Below, piece by piece: positions 1-8,858 of a DNA stretch of 48,768 nucleotides. Source of the DNA: Candidatus Woesearchaeota archaeon (GTDB taxonomy: Archaea; Nanobdellota; Nanobdellia; Woesearchaeales; GCA-2685855); NCBI GenBank assembly GCA_002685855.1, contig NYYS01000052.1:1-48768 (forward strand), read 5' to 3'. Each line of letters starts with the position of its first letter. Position 1 is the stretch's first letter. The notes under the pieces were generated by a model. It worked only from the letters and a program-made list of their open reading frames with translations. It made no database searches and had not been told where the DNA came from. The position numbers were made by a program, and so were the translations under genes.

Positions 1-327
1 AGTCAGGAAACTGTTTTTGAGATTGCAAGCATGGCACGGCCTGAAGAGGTTCGACTGGTTCTTGAAGAATGTCTTAAGGGAAATTTTGCAGAGGCTAAGA
101 AGGCTCTTCTTGATGCACTTCTTAATCATGGTTTAAGTGGCATGGATGTGATAAAGCAGATTCAGTCAGAGGTTTGGAAGATGGATGCAGATGATAGGTT
201 GAAGCTTTTCATGACAAAAGCGTGTGGTGAATGCGAGTTTAGAATGGTTGAAGGAAGTGATGAGTTTGTTCAGCTTGAAGCGCTACTTGCGAATATTATT
301 CTTTTAGCGGACGAGAAAAATGAGTAA
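1..327 (+). CDS. rfcS: Replication factor C small subunit, C-terminal fragment (5' end lies outside the window)
   Basis: Frame 1 is open from base 1 (SQETVFEIASMARPEEV...). The segment LKGNFAEAKKALLDALLNHGLSGMDVIKQI...EFRMVEGSDEFVQLEALLA matches the C-terminal helical domain of archaeal RFC small subunits as I recall it. Confidence 0.75.
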   Translation, partial: SQETVFEIASMARPEEVRLVLEECLKGNFAEAKKALLDALLNHGLSGMDVIKQIQSEVWKMDADDRLKLFMTKACGECEFRMVEGSDEFVQLEALLANIILLADEKNE

Positions 328-392
328 GATCAGGGTTGTACTCCTACTACAGAGATAGTAATAGAGAATAAATAAGAGAAAAGAAAAAAAAA

Positions 393-1403
393 TTATTCGT
401 CTCCGCTGCTCACATCCTGGATAAGGATGTTTTTCTCGATGTATTGTCCATACTTGTAGGACATGTCAACTTCGAAGATGTCTGTGTAGATCTTGTCCTC
501 ATCGACGTTTCCTTCAATTACGCAGGTGATCTGAGCAGGACTTCCTTGGTAGAGTGTTACGGTTCCTGAGGTGATGTCTGAAAGGCCGCTACAACTCGTA
601 ATGGTTGCATCAGATTCGCTTTGAAGGCTGACTTCTACAAAGACCTTGTTTCTGTCGATGTTTGTTATGTCATCATCACATTTAGGTTCATGATCTGTGT
701 CGATGTCAAAAATTTCTCCACCGCCAACATGCGCTATAACAAAGCTTACCTGGATTTTATTCTGGCCCAATGCATTTTCTCTAAGGCTTGATACGTGTAC
801 AGGTCCCCCGCTGTTCTGAGGATCTTTTTGTTCGTTAAGGATACAGATGGTATCATCATTGATATTTCCCAGAACATCATCCTTGATGCAGACTTCTGAT
901 GTTGATTTTGTTGTGTAGTCGTAGCAGAGCTCTGCTCTCATAGTGATATCTGTGTTTCCCTGAAGGTCTGGCTCGTAGTTAAGAGGAGGATCATCTCCGA
1001 ATACTTCAAAGATGGCATCTCCCGGAAGAATTGTTCCATCAAAGTTTTTTCGAGCTCCTCTAAGGTCTGAACTAAGAGTTGTACAGAGATCTTCGCTCTC
1101 AATACCAAAGAAGCTTGGATTGATTCCTATTAAGCAGAGTTCAGCCCAATCGCTTTCACTTACAGGCATCAGATCATCCTCTCCAAAGTTTTCGAGTTGA
1201 ATTCCAACGGTAAAAGGGAATTTCCCATTATCAAAAATGGCATCAGGAGGCTGACCTTCCATAAATTTCATATTTACACCCACTATTCCACCTATAAAGG
1301 GTTTGTTCAGGCTCGTATCTCCTGTATCTGATGTGCAGGCGGAAATAAAAAGAACTGCTGCAAGTAGGGACACCATAAAGATTTTTTTGTTCATTATCAT
1401 CAT
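393..1403 (-). CDS. Predicted lipoprotein, paralog 1 of an unrecognised envelope module family
   Basis: 336-aa ORF with an N-terminal signal peptide and lipobox (LFISAC|TSD). GGAGGAG lies 7 nt upstream of the ATG. It shares ordered motifs (PP, CY-x-Y-T...C, G-PV, G-x-G, Y-x-Y) with ORFs 1427-2686, 2738-4843 and the C-terminus of 4840-6735. Confidence 0.8.
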   Translation of the reverse strand: MMIMNKKIFMVSLLAAVLFISACTSDTGDTSLNKPFIGGIVGVNMKFMEGQPPDAIFDNGKFPFTVGIQLENFGEDDLMPVSESDWAELCLIGINPSFFGIESEDLCTTLSSDLRGARKNFDGTILPGDAIFEVFGDDPPLNYEPDLQGNTDITMRAELCYDYTTKSTSEVCIKDDVLGNINDDTICILNEQKDPQNSGGPVHVSSLRENALGQNKIQVSFVIAHVGGGEIFDIDTDHEPKCDDDITNIDRNKVFVEVSLQSESDATITSCSGLSDITSGTVTLYQGSPAQITCVIEGNVDEDKIYTDIFEVDMSYKYGQYIEKNILIQDVSSGDE

Positions 1404-1426
1404 TTTAGTTCTCCTCCTTTAAATAA

Positions 1427-2686
1427 TTAACTAACTCGTTTAAATCGTACTGAGCGATAATCGGTTTCTCGGTAGCCATACCAGAGCTCGATGACAATAG
1501 GGGCTTCATAGGCAGACTTTGCTGTTGCATATTTTACATCATATTCACAGGTAAAGGTTCCTCTGCCGTCCTGAAGCCGCACTTCGTAGTCAGGAGTGCA
1601 TTTCAGACGTTCGGGGTCTCCGCTGAGACGGATATCGCCGATCCAGACCACGTCGAGGTCTTTTGAGGTGACTCTGCCCGGGAAATAGGGTGAGCATCTG
1701 CCAAGAGAAGCAGGATGAAAGATATCTCCTGTTCCTGTATTTGAGATCTCCATTGTGAAAAAGATCTTTCTTGGGGTATTTTCCTGTTCCAGAACGTTGA
1801 TGGTGACAGGAGCTCCATTGCTCTTCCAGGATTGGATTCCGGGCCTGCAGACCTTTTCTGTCTCTGAATAAGGAGCTGGATCGATGCAGATTTGGGGAGA
1901 TGCATAGGTTGTGTAGAGATAACAGTTTGTGACTAGGAAGGTTTGGTCTGTTTCGTCTAGACCGAGCGGCCAAGATTTGACATAGGCTTCCCAATCGATA
2001 AAATCGGTGCCTCCACCAGGATAAGTATAGGTGTCCCCCTCAAGATAGTACTCTCGGCCATTGTTCTGTCCAAAGTTGAGAAATACGCCAAATGTTCCAA
2101 TGAGCAGTTTCCCGTGGTTAAAATAGTCGATGCTGATTCCTTCTCTGTCATAGTCCAGATCAAAGACCCAGTCTCCACCATCTTTTCCAAAGCGAATGTC
2201 GAGGTCGTCCCAGAGATCACAGTCCCAGCCGAAATCTTCACACATGTCTCCGAAATCAAAGCCTAAATCCCAGTCACTTCCTTTTTTTGAACCAGAGAGA
2301 AAGAAGCAGTCGAATCTACCTTGCATGCCTCCTCCGATGCTTTCTAGATCAAAGGAGCAGTCTGCAAAGCTAAACTCATCTATCTCTACGCCTTCGACCT
2401 TGATCATGCCAGGATCGTAGCCAGATACAAAGAGGCCTCCTTGTGTGAGAGAAGCGCCTTTATTCATTAGTTTAACGCTGATATCAAAGGCGTTGTCTGA
2501 TTTATCTCCATCAGAATAGTAGTAGAGGGTGTGAGGAGGAGAATTTGGCTGCCAATCCATGACTACACCTTCAAATCCCTCATAATAGTATTGACGATCA
2601 CCTGTTTCTGGACCGCTGTTATAGATGCCTGAACAGCCTGATAAAAGAAGTGTTAGTGTTGCTGCTAAGATCCACATCCCTTTCAT
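1427..2686 (-). CDS. Predicted lipoprotein, paralog 2 of the envelope module family
   Basis: 419-aa ORF with a signal peptide and classical lipobox (LLLSGC|SG). Family motifs present: NSPPHTLY, NCYLYTTYASPQICID, NGAPVTINV, ISNTGTGDIF, ELWYGYRE. Confidence 0.8.
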   Translation of the reverse strand: MKGMWILAATLTLLLSGCSGIYNSGPETGDRQYYYEGFEGVVMDWQPNSPPHTLYYYSDGDKSDNAFDISVKLMNKGASLTQGGLFVSGYDPGMIKVEGVEIDEFSFADCSFDLESIGGGMQGRFDCFFLSGSKKGSDWDLGFDFGDMCEDFGWDCDLWDDLDIRFGKDGGDWVFDLDYDREGISIDYFNHGKLLIGTFGVFLNFGQNNGREYYLEGDTYTYPGGGTDFIDWEAYVKSWPLGLDETDQTFLVTNCYLYTTYASPQICIDPAPYSETEKVCRPGIQSWKSNGAPVTINVLEQENTPRKIFFTMEISNTGTGDIFHPASLGRCSPYFPGRVTSKDLDVVWIGDIRLSGDPERLKCTPDYEVRLQDGRGTFTCEYDVKYATAKSAYEAPIVIELWYGYRETDYRSVRFKRVS

Positions 2687-2737
2687 AGAGGAAAACTGGG
2701 AGAATACAGTATATAAAGGTTACGGAATGGTGTTCTG

Positions 2738-4843
2738 TTAGCAGGTAGCTTTTGTTGCAGCGAGTGCCAGATCATAAAGTTCCTTTAGAAGTGCTTGTGC
2801 TGCTCTTTTTTGTTGATCCACCGACGGCATACTTCCTCTATCAACGCCTGAAAATAGATCCTGCAATTCTGTGTCTGTGAGTGTTTTTGAAATAGCTCCT
2901 GAGGGAACTCCTTCTTCACATTTATGATTTGCTGTTGTTATGAAGGATCCGGTTGCGCTGTTTGGAATACCTTCCCAGTCTCCTGTTGCTAAGGAGTAGT
3001 CGAAGGGATCAAGAACTTCCAGGTCCTGATCCAAGATATCTATCTCGAAGGGGATTGTTTTTTCTGCAGTTAGTGTTCCAGCACAGATTTCCTTAACAGC
3101 AATTGTGTATTCTCCATGTACAGCTTCAAAGTAGAAAGGATTTGTAAGATAGCCATAGCTTGGATTTCCTTGTGCAGTTTCTTCAGGATAACCTGAAATT
3201 GTGTATGTATAGTCGCAATTAGGGGGCGAGGCAGGATTCTTTATCGAGAAGTAGATCTCCTGAGGGAGTTCTGATTCGTCTTCAATCTTCAAGACAACTT
3301 CTTCATTTACTTCAATAGTTGCAGTGAAGGGATCTGATTTGAAGTTTCCTGCTTCATCGTTTGCTGCAACAAATATGTAGGTGTAATCTCCTTGTTCCTC
3401 GAATGTGAAGTCAAGTTTTGCGGTTTTATTCTGATCGCATTCTTTGAAATCGTTTTCCTTTCCTTTAACGATGTCTCCGTCTTTATTCTTTATGTACTGG
3501 TTACAGTAGTCCTTGAGGTCGCTCCATGCATTTAAGCGAAGTTCAGAACCCGGATCAACATTCTTTACATGTCCTCTGTTTGCTAGGCTGTCTGAAAGAA
3601 CGATGTTGTAGTCAAGATCATGGACTGAGGTAAAGAGTTGTGCCAAGGGTTTCATACAGCAATAGCCAGACGAACAGTATTTCTGGACACAGAGTCCTTC
3701 TTTCTCTTTGTCGAGACATTCCTGAACATCGCAGGTGCAGCCCCAAGCTTTTGAGTCGATTTTTGTGTCGCAGTCTGGACTTCCGGGATTTTTTGCACAG
3801 TAGACACATTTGTCTTCGCAGGTGTCCCCAACTTTTACTTCGTAGCTGTTGCAGCGGCGTTCTGTTTTTGCAGGTGTTACTCTATAAATATCTCTTTGGA
3901 TCTCAACGTTTTTTGCAATGCTTGAACTGTAAACATAGGTGAGGTTTATTTGAAGAGGAGATATATAGTTGTAGTTTCCTATTGTTTCAAAGTTTTCGTC
4001 TAAATCCATGTCCTTGATCTGGCATCGTACTTGTGCTCTGTTGTCTTTAAGACGAACAGGGTTCGGTGTGCAGGTAAGGTTTTTTGTGGAAAGCCAGCCA
4101 TCAACATAGACCTGGTTCCAGGTTTCTCTGGACACATTTTGCAGGGTGCAAGCATCTTCAAAATCAACCTCTGCGATTGGAGAGAGCAACGATCCCGATC
4201 CTACGTTTTCTATTGTTAGTACAAATTTAGGTTGAACAAATCCTCCCCTTGGAAGGGTTTCAACTTTTACTTCTGTTACTGCAACGGGTGCACCTTGATC
4301 TGAAAAAGATTGATCCTCTGCTTCGCATACCTGTCTTCGAAGATCCTGGTTATAGATATCAAAGTCGACACAGATTGAACCGACAAAGGTTGTTTTATAG
4401 GGATAACAGAGGTTAACAAAAACCTGTGATTCGGGTTTTTGGCGGGGGCCGGAAAGGTTTTTTGCAAGGAGAATCGCAACTTCACACACATCTTTTTCTC
4501 CGCCGATAAAGTAGCGTCCTTTTCCTCTTCGTTTAAGATCTGTTCTGCATTGATCTGCGGGGCCTGCTATTTCTACAAAGTAAAGAGGGTCTAAGGTAAG
4601 GGTGATTAAGCCTCGCGCATTTCCAATAAGATCAAACGCACCTCTATTGTGTATCATGAGTGTGACAGGGAGTTCGGTTCCTTCATAGATCGTGTCGGGA
4701 GGAGCATTTTCCATGAACTCTATCTCCAATCCATCTCTTCCTTCAAAGTAAACAACTTCGTCTGATGAGCCGCCGGGGTAGGGACCGCACGCTGTGATAA
4801 AAAGAAGAAGAATGATTGAGAAGATCAAGAAGATTTTTTTCAT
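2738..4843 (-). CDS. Large predicted lipoprotein: paralog 3 module, then a cysteine-knot region and Ig-like C-terminal domains
   Basis: 701-aa ORF with lipobox LFITAC|GP. The N-terminal ~320 aa carry the family motifs (NAPPDTIY, NLCYPYKTTFVGSICVD, QGAPVAVTE, IENVGSGSLL, NLTYVYSSS). Then comes a cysteine-dense stretch of roughly 70 aa (CNSYEVKVGDTCEDKCVYCAK...SGYCCMKP), followed by beta-rich repeats. The start overlaps the upstream stop (ATGA at 4840-4843). Confidence 0.8.
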   Translation of the reverse strand: MKKIFLIFSIILLLFITACGPYPGGSSDEVVYFEGRDGLEIEFMENAPPDTIYEGTELPVTLMIHNRGAFDLIGNARGLITLTLDPLYFVEIAGPADQCRTDLKRRGKGRYFIGGEKDVCEVAILLAKNLSGPRQKPESQVFVNLCYPYKTTFVGSICVDFDIYNQDLRRQVCEAEDQSFSDQGAPVAVTEVKVETLPRGGFVQPKFVLTIENVGSGSLLSPIAEVDFEDACTLQNVSRETWNQVYVDGWLSTKNLTCTPNPVRLKDNRAQVRCQIKDMDLDENFETIGNYNYISPLQINLTYVYSSSIAKNVEIQRDIYRVTPAKTERRCNSYEVKVGDTCEDKCVYCAKNPGSPDCDTKIDSKAWGCTCDVQECLDKEKEGLCVQKYCSSGYCCMKPLAQLFTSVHDLDYNIVLSDSLANRGHVKNVDPGSELRLNAWSDLKDYCNQYIKNKDGDIVKGKENDFKECDQNKTAKLDFTFEEQGDYTYIFVAANDEAGNFKSDPFTATIEVNEEVVLKIEDESELPQEIYFSIKNPASPPNCDYTYTISGYPEETAQGNPSYGYLTNPFYFEAVHGEYTIAVKEICAGTLTAEKTIPFEIDILDQDLEVLDPFDYSLATGDWEGIPNSATGSFITTANHKCEEGVPSGAISKTLTDTELQDLFSGVDRGSMPSVDQQKRAAQALLKELYDLALAATKATC

Positions 4844-6735
4844 CCTATTACCCTCGCTGATGATCTTTCTTTCATTGTGTACTGATAACTTGTTCGTACG
4901 ATAAAGCTTCGGATCGCTTTTTGTTCCAGGCCGAGCAAGGCATCTTTGTCTTTAAGTATTAATCTGCAATGGCTTGTCTTGAAAGTTCTTCCAACATGAG
5001 GGTTTTCAAGAAGATAGAAATTATAGGCAGGATCCTCTTCGTCTGTTTCTGGATCTTTATGCCCAAAAAAAGTTTCTTTTGCTGGTGAGCAATCTGATAG
5101 TTCAAACTCTTTGGGAACCATGATGATGTTTTTATCTACACGTTCAACTTCCCCATTTGTCCAATCGTTTCCTATGGTGACACCAAAGCTCAGGTTTGAA
5201 TTCTCTTCTACAGGAATGGGATGGTTCATCTTCATCATACCTATTGAGACAGGACCGGGTGAATATGTCATGGTAGGGTCGTCGGTAATCTGAAGTTCCT
5301 GAAGAATATCTTTTTTCTCAGCCATCATTGCACGCCAAGCACCTTTATCAACAAATGTGAGTGGAGAGTAGCCCCAGGTTTCAAAGTTGAATGTTAGTGT
5401 TAAAATAAGTTGGTGTCTTCCTTTTGGAAGTGAGGGAATTTGGCATTCGATCGTATCTGCTACTTCATATTCTATTTCCAGTTCAGTAGGACTTGTTGTT
5501 CCAACGATGCCATCATCTGTTGCACAGCTTGCTTTGAGGTGGATGGGGTCCTCCAGTGTTTTTCCTGTGATGATCGCTAGAGCATAGAGCGGAGTTCCTT
5601 CTATGATCTCCTCTTCTGTAGGCTCGAACTCTTCAACATAGATACCTAACGGTTCGCCTTGGTTTTCTACTGTGCCCTGATAGTATTTTCCTGTGGCATA
5701 GGCTATGCTCTGCTCGTAGCCGAACATGAGCTTTTCATACATCCGCACTATTGAATCCCAGACGATATCCCAAAGTGCTTTCACGTGATCGAGTACTGCC
5801 ACAGGTGCAGATTGGAGTTGGGTAGGAATTACGATATGGCCGAGAAGAAGGATGAAGAAGATCACCCAGAAAATAACTTCGTAATAGAGCCGCCCCCAAT
5901 GAAAAATGCCTGTATCAAAGGAGGATTCACTAAAAAGAAATATACCTAACATAATAGGAAAAAAAGGCCATAGGCCAAAGAAAAAGTCAGGGATCAGATT
6001 ACTGAAAGGTCGGAGCAGGCTTACAACCAGAGGTAGGAAAAGGACGCACAACAATCCAACCCAATAGTAGTAGGAATCGCGCCAAGGTGCAAACGATAAA
6101 CCCTGCACTCTGCAAATTAGGGCGATGGCTATAATATAAAGGATGATAATAAGAAGCATTGAACTGGGAAATCTACTTATGCCTAATACAAAGGTGTCAA
6201 AGAGATGGATACTGAGAAGAAAGATTACAATTCCAATCGCCAATCCTCCTCCCTGTTCTTTGTGTCCTCCAAAAAAAGGGAAATTGCTTCCTCCACCACC
6301 CTTTTTTTTGCTTTCGCCCTTTCCTTTGCTTTCTGATCGTGGAGTGTACCCAAAGGGTGTTCGTGAAGGGGGAGGGGTTCTTCTTCTCCCGGCGCCGGAG
6401 GCGACGCCTGCCATTGTTGCTCCTGCTACTGCACCGGTTGCGGCTGCTGCTGCAACTCCAGGTCCTGAATAGGCAGAAGAGGGTGGTCGGGGTCCTGCAA
6501 TAGGGGTGCGGGATGCTTTGTAATCAGCATATTTGGTTTTGAGTTTGTCTTTAGCAGTTACGCCGAGGTCTTTTGTCTTTGTAATTGCCTTTCCACCTAG
6601 CTCCTTGCTCTTATCAACTGCTTTTGCACCAAGATCCTTTCCCTTATCAACAACATGGGTTTTAGCAGCATTTAATCCTTGTGCTGCTTTCCTTTTCAGG
6701 CTATTCATTAAGGCAGGGGGTATTTTTGGTGGCAT
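4840..6735 (-). CDS. Polytopic membrane protein: disordered basic N-terminus, about 5 TM helices, and a C-terminal extracytoplasmic paralog-4 module
   Basis: 631-aa ORF. N-terminus has 11-residue K-rich repeats (DKGKDLGAKAV/DKSKELGGKAI/TKTKDLGVTAK), an A/G tract and a P/R/G/K-rich linker. About five hydrophobic helices fall at aa ~175-313. The C-terminal ~270 aa carry family motifs (SPGPVSIGM, RTSYQYTMK). GAGGT lies upstream of the ATG. Confidence 0.8.
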   Translation of the reverse strand: MPPKIPPALMNSLKRKAAQGLNAAKTHVVDKGKDLGAKAVDKSKELGGKAITKTKDLGVTAKDKLKTKYADYKASRTPIAGPRPPSSAYSGPGVAAAAATGAVAGATMAGVASGAGRRRTPPPSRTPFGYTPRSESKGKGESKKKGGGGSNFPFFGGHKEQGGGLAIGIVIFLLSIHLFDTFVLGISRFPSSMLLIIILYIIAIALICRVQGLSFAPWRDSYYYWVGLLCVLFLPLVVSLLRPFSNLIPDFFFGLWPFFPIMLGIFLFSESSFDTGIFHWGRLYYEVIFWVIFFILLLGHIVIPTQLQSAPVAVLDHVKALWDIVWDSIVRMYEKLMFGYEQSIAYATGKYYQGTVENQGEPLGIYVEEFEPTEEEIIEGTPLYALAIITGKTLEDPIHLKASCATDDGIVGTTSPTELEIEYEVADTIECQIPSLPKGRHQLILTLTFNFETWGYSPLTFVDKGAWRAMMAEKKDILQELQITDDPTMTYSPGPVSIGMMKMNHPIPVEENSNLSFGVTIGNDWTNGEVERVDKNIIMVPKEFELSDCSPAKETFFGHKDPETDEEDPAYNFYLLENPHVGRTFKTSHCRLILKDKDALLGLEQKAIRSFIVRTSYQYTMKERSSARVIG

Positions 6736-6786
6736 AGCTCGACCTCTTTCTTTTAAAAATCGAGAAGAAGATATAAAAGCTTTTCG

Positions 6787-8472
6787 CTAAGAGTAGTCGA
6801 GCTCTATTTCTATTTCAGAAATAGTGAAATCTGTGTCTGGAATGATTTCAAGGCTGTTACTTCCACTTCTGACAAAGCTATCAATGTTTCTGTTTACTTC
6901 TATGTCGCGGGTGTCAAAGGCGACGTCCATGCCGTTAATAGATAGTGTGAAGCGTTTTCTGATATTGCTTTCTCCGAATCTGATTCGGATATCGACGTCG
7001 TAGGGTATGTCCAGATATTCTTCAAGTTCAGAGTCGGATTCTATATTTGTACAGGGTTTGGGACGGCTTCTGTCTCCATCGCGATATCCATTAGGACAGT
7101 CATCGCATTCTGTGGAAGAGACTGCTTCTTCACAAACTGATCCAAGGCCTGCAGCAGGCACGTCATCACACCAAAAGTTATCTTCGGTATCTTCGTAACA
7201 GCAGTCCTTATCATAAAAGACGCTGCAGCTTGCAGGACAATCGTCGTCTGTATCGTCACCACAGAGATCTTCACAGGGTTCGGGAGGGTTTCCTCGCTTA
7301 TCTTCATAGCCTGCAGCACAACGGTTGCAATCATCTTCTATATCTATAAAGCTGACACAACGGTCGTCTAATCGTTCGGGTTCTACATCGCACCAGAACT
7401 CTTCTTCATCAAAGCAACAGTCTTTGTCTTCATCTGCTTCACAGTCTGCAGGACATTTACCGTCGACATCCCCACACCTGGCACGGATCAAATCTTTTTC
7501 AACAAAATAGGTTCTATCCATGTAAAAGGTGTACAAAGGATTGAACTCGTCTTCCAGATCAACTTTAACCGAGAGTTGGTCGATGAGATAGGAGCCTGCA
7601 TAACTCACAAATTCGAGTTCGTTTTCTCCTTCAACTAAGTCAGTTGGATTTAGTTCTATATGATTCCTGACACCGCAGTCTGCTACTGCTGAAAAGATTC
7701 TTCTTCCGTTAAGACTGATTGAGAGCGGGCCTGCTTCTGATAGGGTACAGTCAGGGAAGAAGAAGAGTGTTGCCTCGTCCATATAGGTTTTCTCTTCATC
7801 GCTTAAAAAGAAGGTTTGCGTGCTTTCTGAACGAGAGATATCTGTAAGGTCTGCTGTGACCTGGATGCTTGTTAAGAGGTATTGATGGATGAGCCAGAAT
7901 GCCCAGCCAGGACTTGAAACTGTAAAGAAGAGTTCGTTCTCTTCTTCTAAGAGCGCACTAGGGAGTTGAATAGGAGCGGGGCTGCCTACAGAGTACTTAT
8001 CTTCCACGATCTGTTCTCCATTCAGATAGACAATAAGTCTTCCTTCTGCATCTTTAATGTTGAAGGAAAGTTGTACATTTTCTGAGAGTCCGGGATCTAG
8101 AGAAAAGGTAAGCGTGTCTGAAGTTTTTTCAAATGCAGAGTTCTTTACAAAGATAGACTCTGCTGATTCCAGGATGCCTGCATTGGTCGATGTAAGAATG
8201 CGAAAGCTTGGAAGGTCATGTTCTCGTTCATTATATTTAAGATGGGTGAGGGCACCGGGTGTTACAAAGAGGAGGGTGTTATTTTGTATGGTGGTTGGCG
8301 GATATCCTCCAGGACCTGGGCTTGGACCTGATCCTGGGCTTGGTGAATCTTCTAATAATCTGTCTCGCTCATCAGGCGGGAGAAAGAGGATGTAGATGAT
8401 GATAAGGGCGGCTATCACTATAACTAGAACTGCACTGCTCCCTGCGCTTTGTGCTCGCTTCTGCATAGTCAT
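6787..8472 (-). CDS. N-terminally anchored surface protein with a class-III (type IV pilin-like) signal candidate, three LNG-type beta modules and a duplicated acidic Cys-rich insert
   Basis: 561-aa ORF. The N-terminus MTMQKRA|QSAGSSAVLVIVIAALIIIYILF resembles archaeal prepilin signals ([KR]-[GA] then Q/S plus a hydrophobic stretch). A P/G/S linker follows. Three modules carry the [LI]NG-x-x-[IV] motif. There are two ~70-aa Cys/Asp/Glu-rich repeats. A TATA-like ACTTTAAATAC lies about 20 nt upstream of the ATG. Confidence 0.75.
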   Translation of the reverse strand: MTMQKRAQSAGSSAVLVIVIAALIIIYILFLPPDERDRLLEDSPSPGSGPSPGPGGYPPTTIQNNTLLFVTPGALTHLKYNEREHDLPSFRILTSTNAGILESAESIFVKNSAFEKTSDTLTFSLDPGLSENVQLSFNIKDAEGRLIVYLNGEQIVEDKYSVGSPAPIQLPSALLEEENELFFTVSSPGWAFWLIHQYLLTSIQVTADLTDISRSESTQTFFLSDEEKTYMDEATLFFFPDCTLSEAGPLSISLNGRRIFSAVADCGVRNHIELNPTDLVEGENELEFVSYAGSYLIDQLSVKVDLEDEFNPLYTFYMDRTYFVEKDLIRARCGDVDGKCPADCEADEDKDCCFDEEEFWCDVEPERLDDRCVSFIDIEDDCNRCAAGYEDKRGNPPEPCEDLCGDDTDDDCPASCSVFYDKDCCYEDTEDNFWCDDVPAAGLGSVCEEAVSSTECDDCPNGYRDGDRSRPKPCTNIESDSELEEYLDIPYDVDIRIRFGESNIRKRFTLSINGMDVAFDTRDIEVNRNIDSFVRSGSNSLEIIPDTDFTISEIEIELDYS

Positions 8473-8525
8473 CTACACAAACAGTAGTATTTAAAGTTAA
8501 CTGTTGAAAAAAAAAGAAAAAAATA

Positions 8526-8858
8526 TCAGCTTCTTGCAAGAGCAAAGACTGATTTTAAAGCCACGATAATGGTTGCTGGCACAAAGAGTGTTAGTATTGC
8601 TGTTAAGATATTACTTAATGCTTCCACTGCCAACACGCTTGCTCCCAGAGAAGAGACCAATACAAGGATTGCTCCGCTCACCATGAATTCATGGGCTTCA
8701 TGCGACTGAATATTGAGTAATCCGACGATAATACCCAGGACTACGAGAGACCAGCTCCAATTTGCAGAGATAGCTCCAACAGCACCCAGGATAACAGCTA
8801 AGATCACTCCTATCAGAAAGGCCCAGCTTCCTATTAGATTTCCAGATTTTTTTGCCAT
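8526..8858 (-). CDS. Small integral membrane protein (3-4 TM helices), function unknown
   Basis: The track ORF starts at a GTG (8870). The ATG at 8858 (MAKKSGNLIG...) has GGGGGTGA 8 nt upstream, so I prefer it. The protein is almost entirely hydrophobic helices. Same strand as the surface operon and directly upstream of it. Confidence 0.65.
   Translation of the reverse strand: MAKKSGNLIGSWAFLIGVILAVILGAVGAISANWSWSLVVLGIIVGLLNIQSHEAHEFMVSGAILVLVSSLGASVLAVEALSNILTAILTLFVPATIIVALKSVFALARS

Noticed and set aside
6143-6472. 109-aa plus-strand ORF (and 6533-6790) inside the membrane-protein gene 4840-6735
   Set aside because: It is antisense to a long ORF with coherent TM topology and a paralog module. 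Its P/A/G-rich translation mirrors the Gly/Ala/Pro-rich linker of the real gene.
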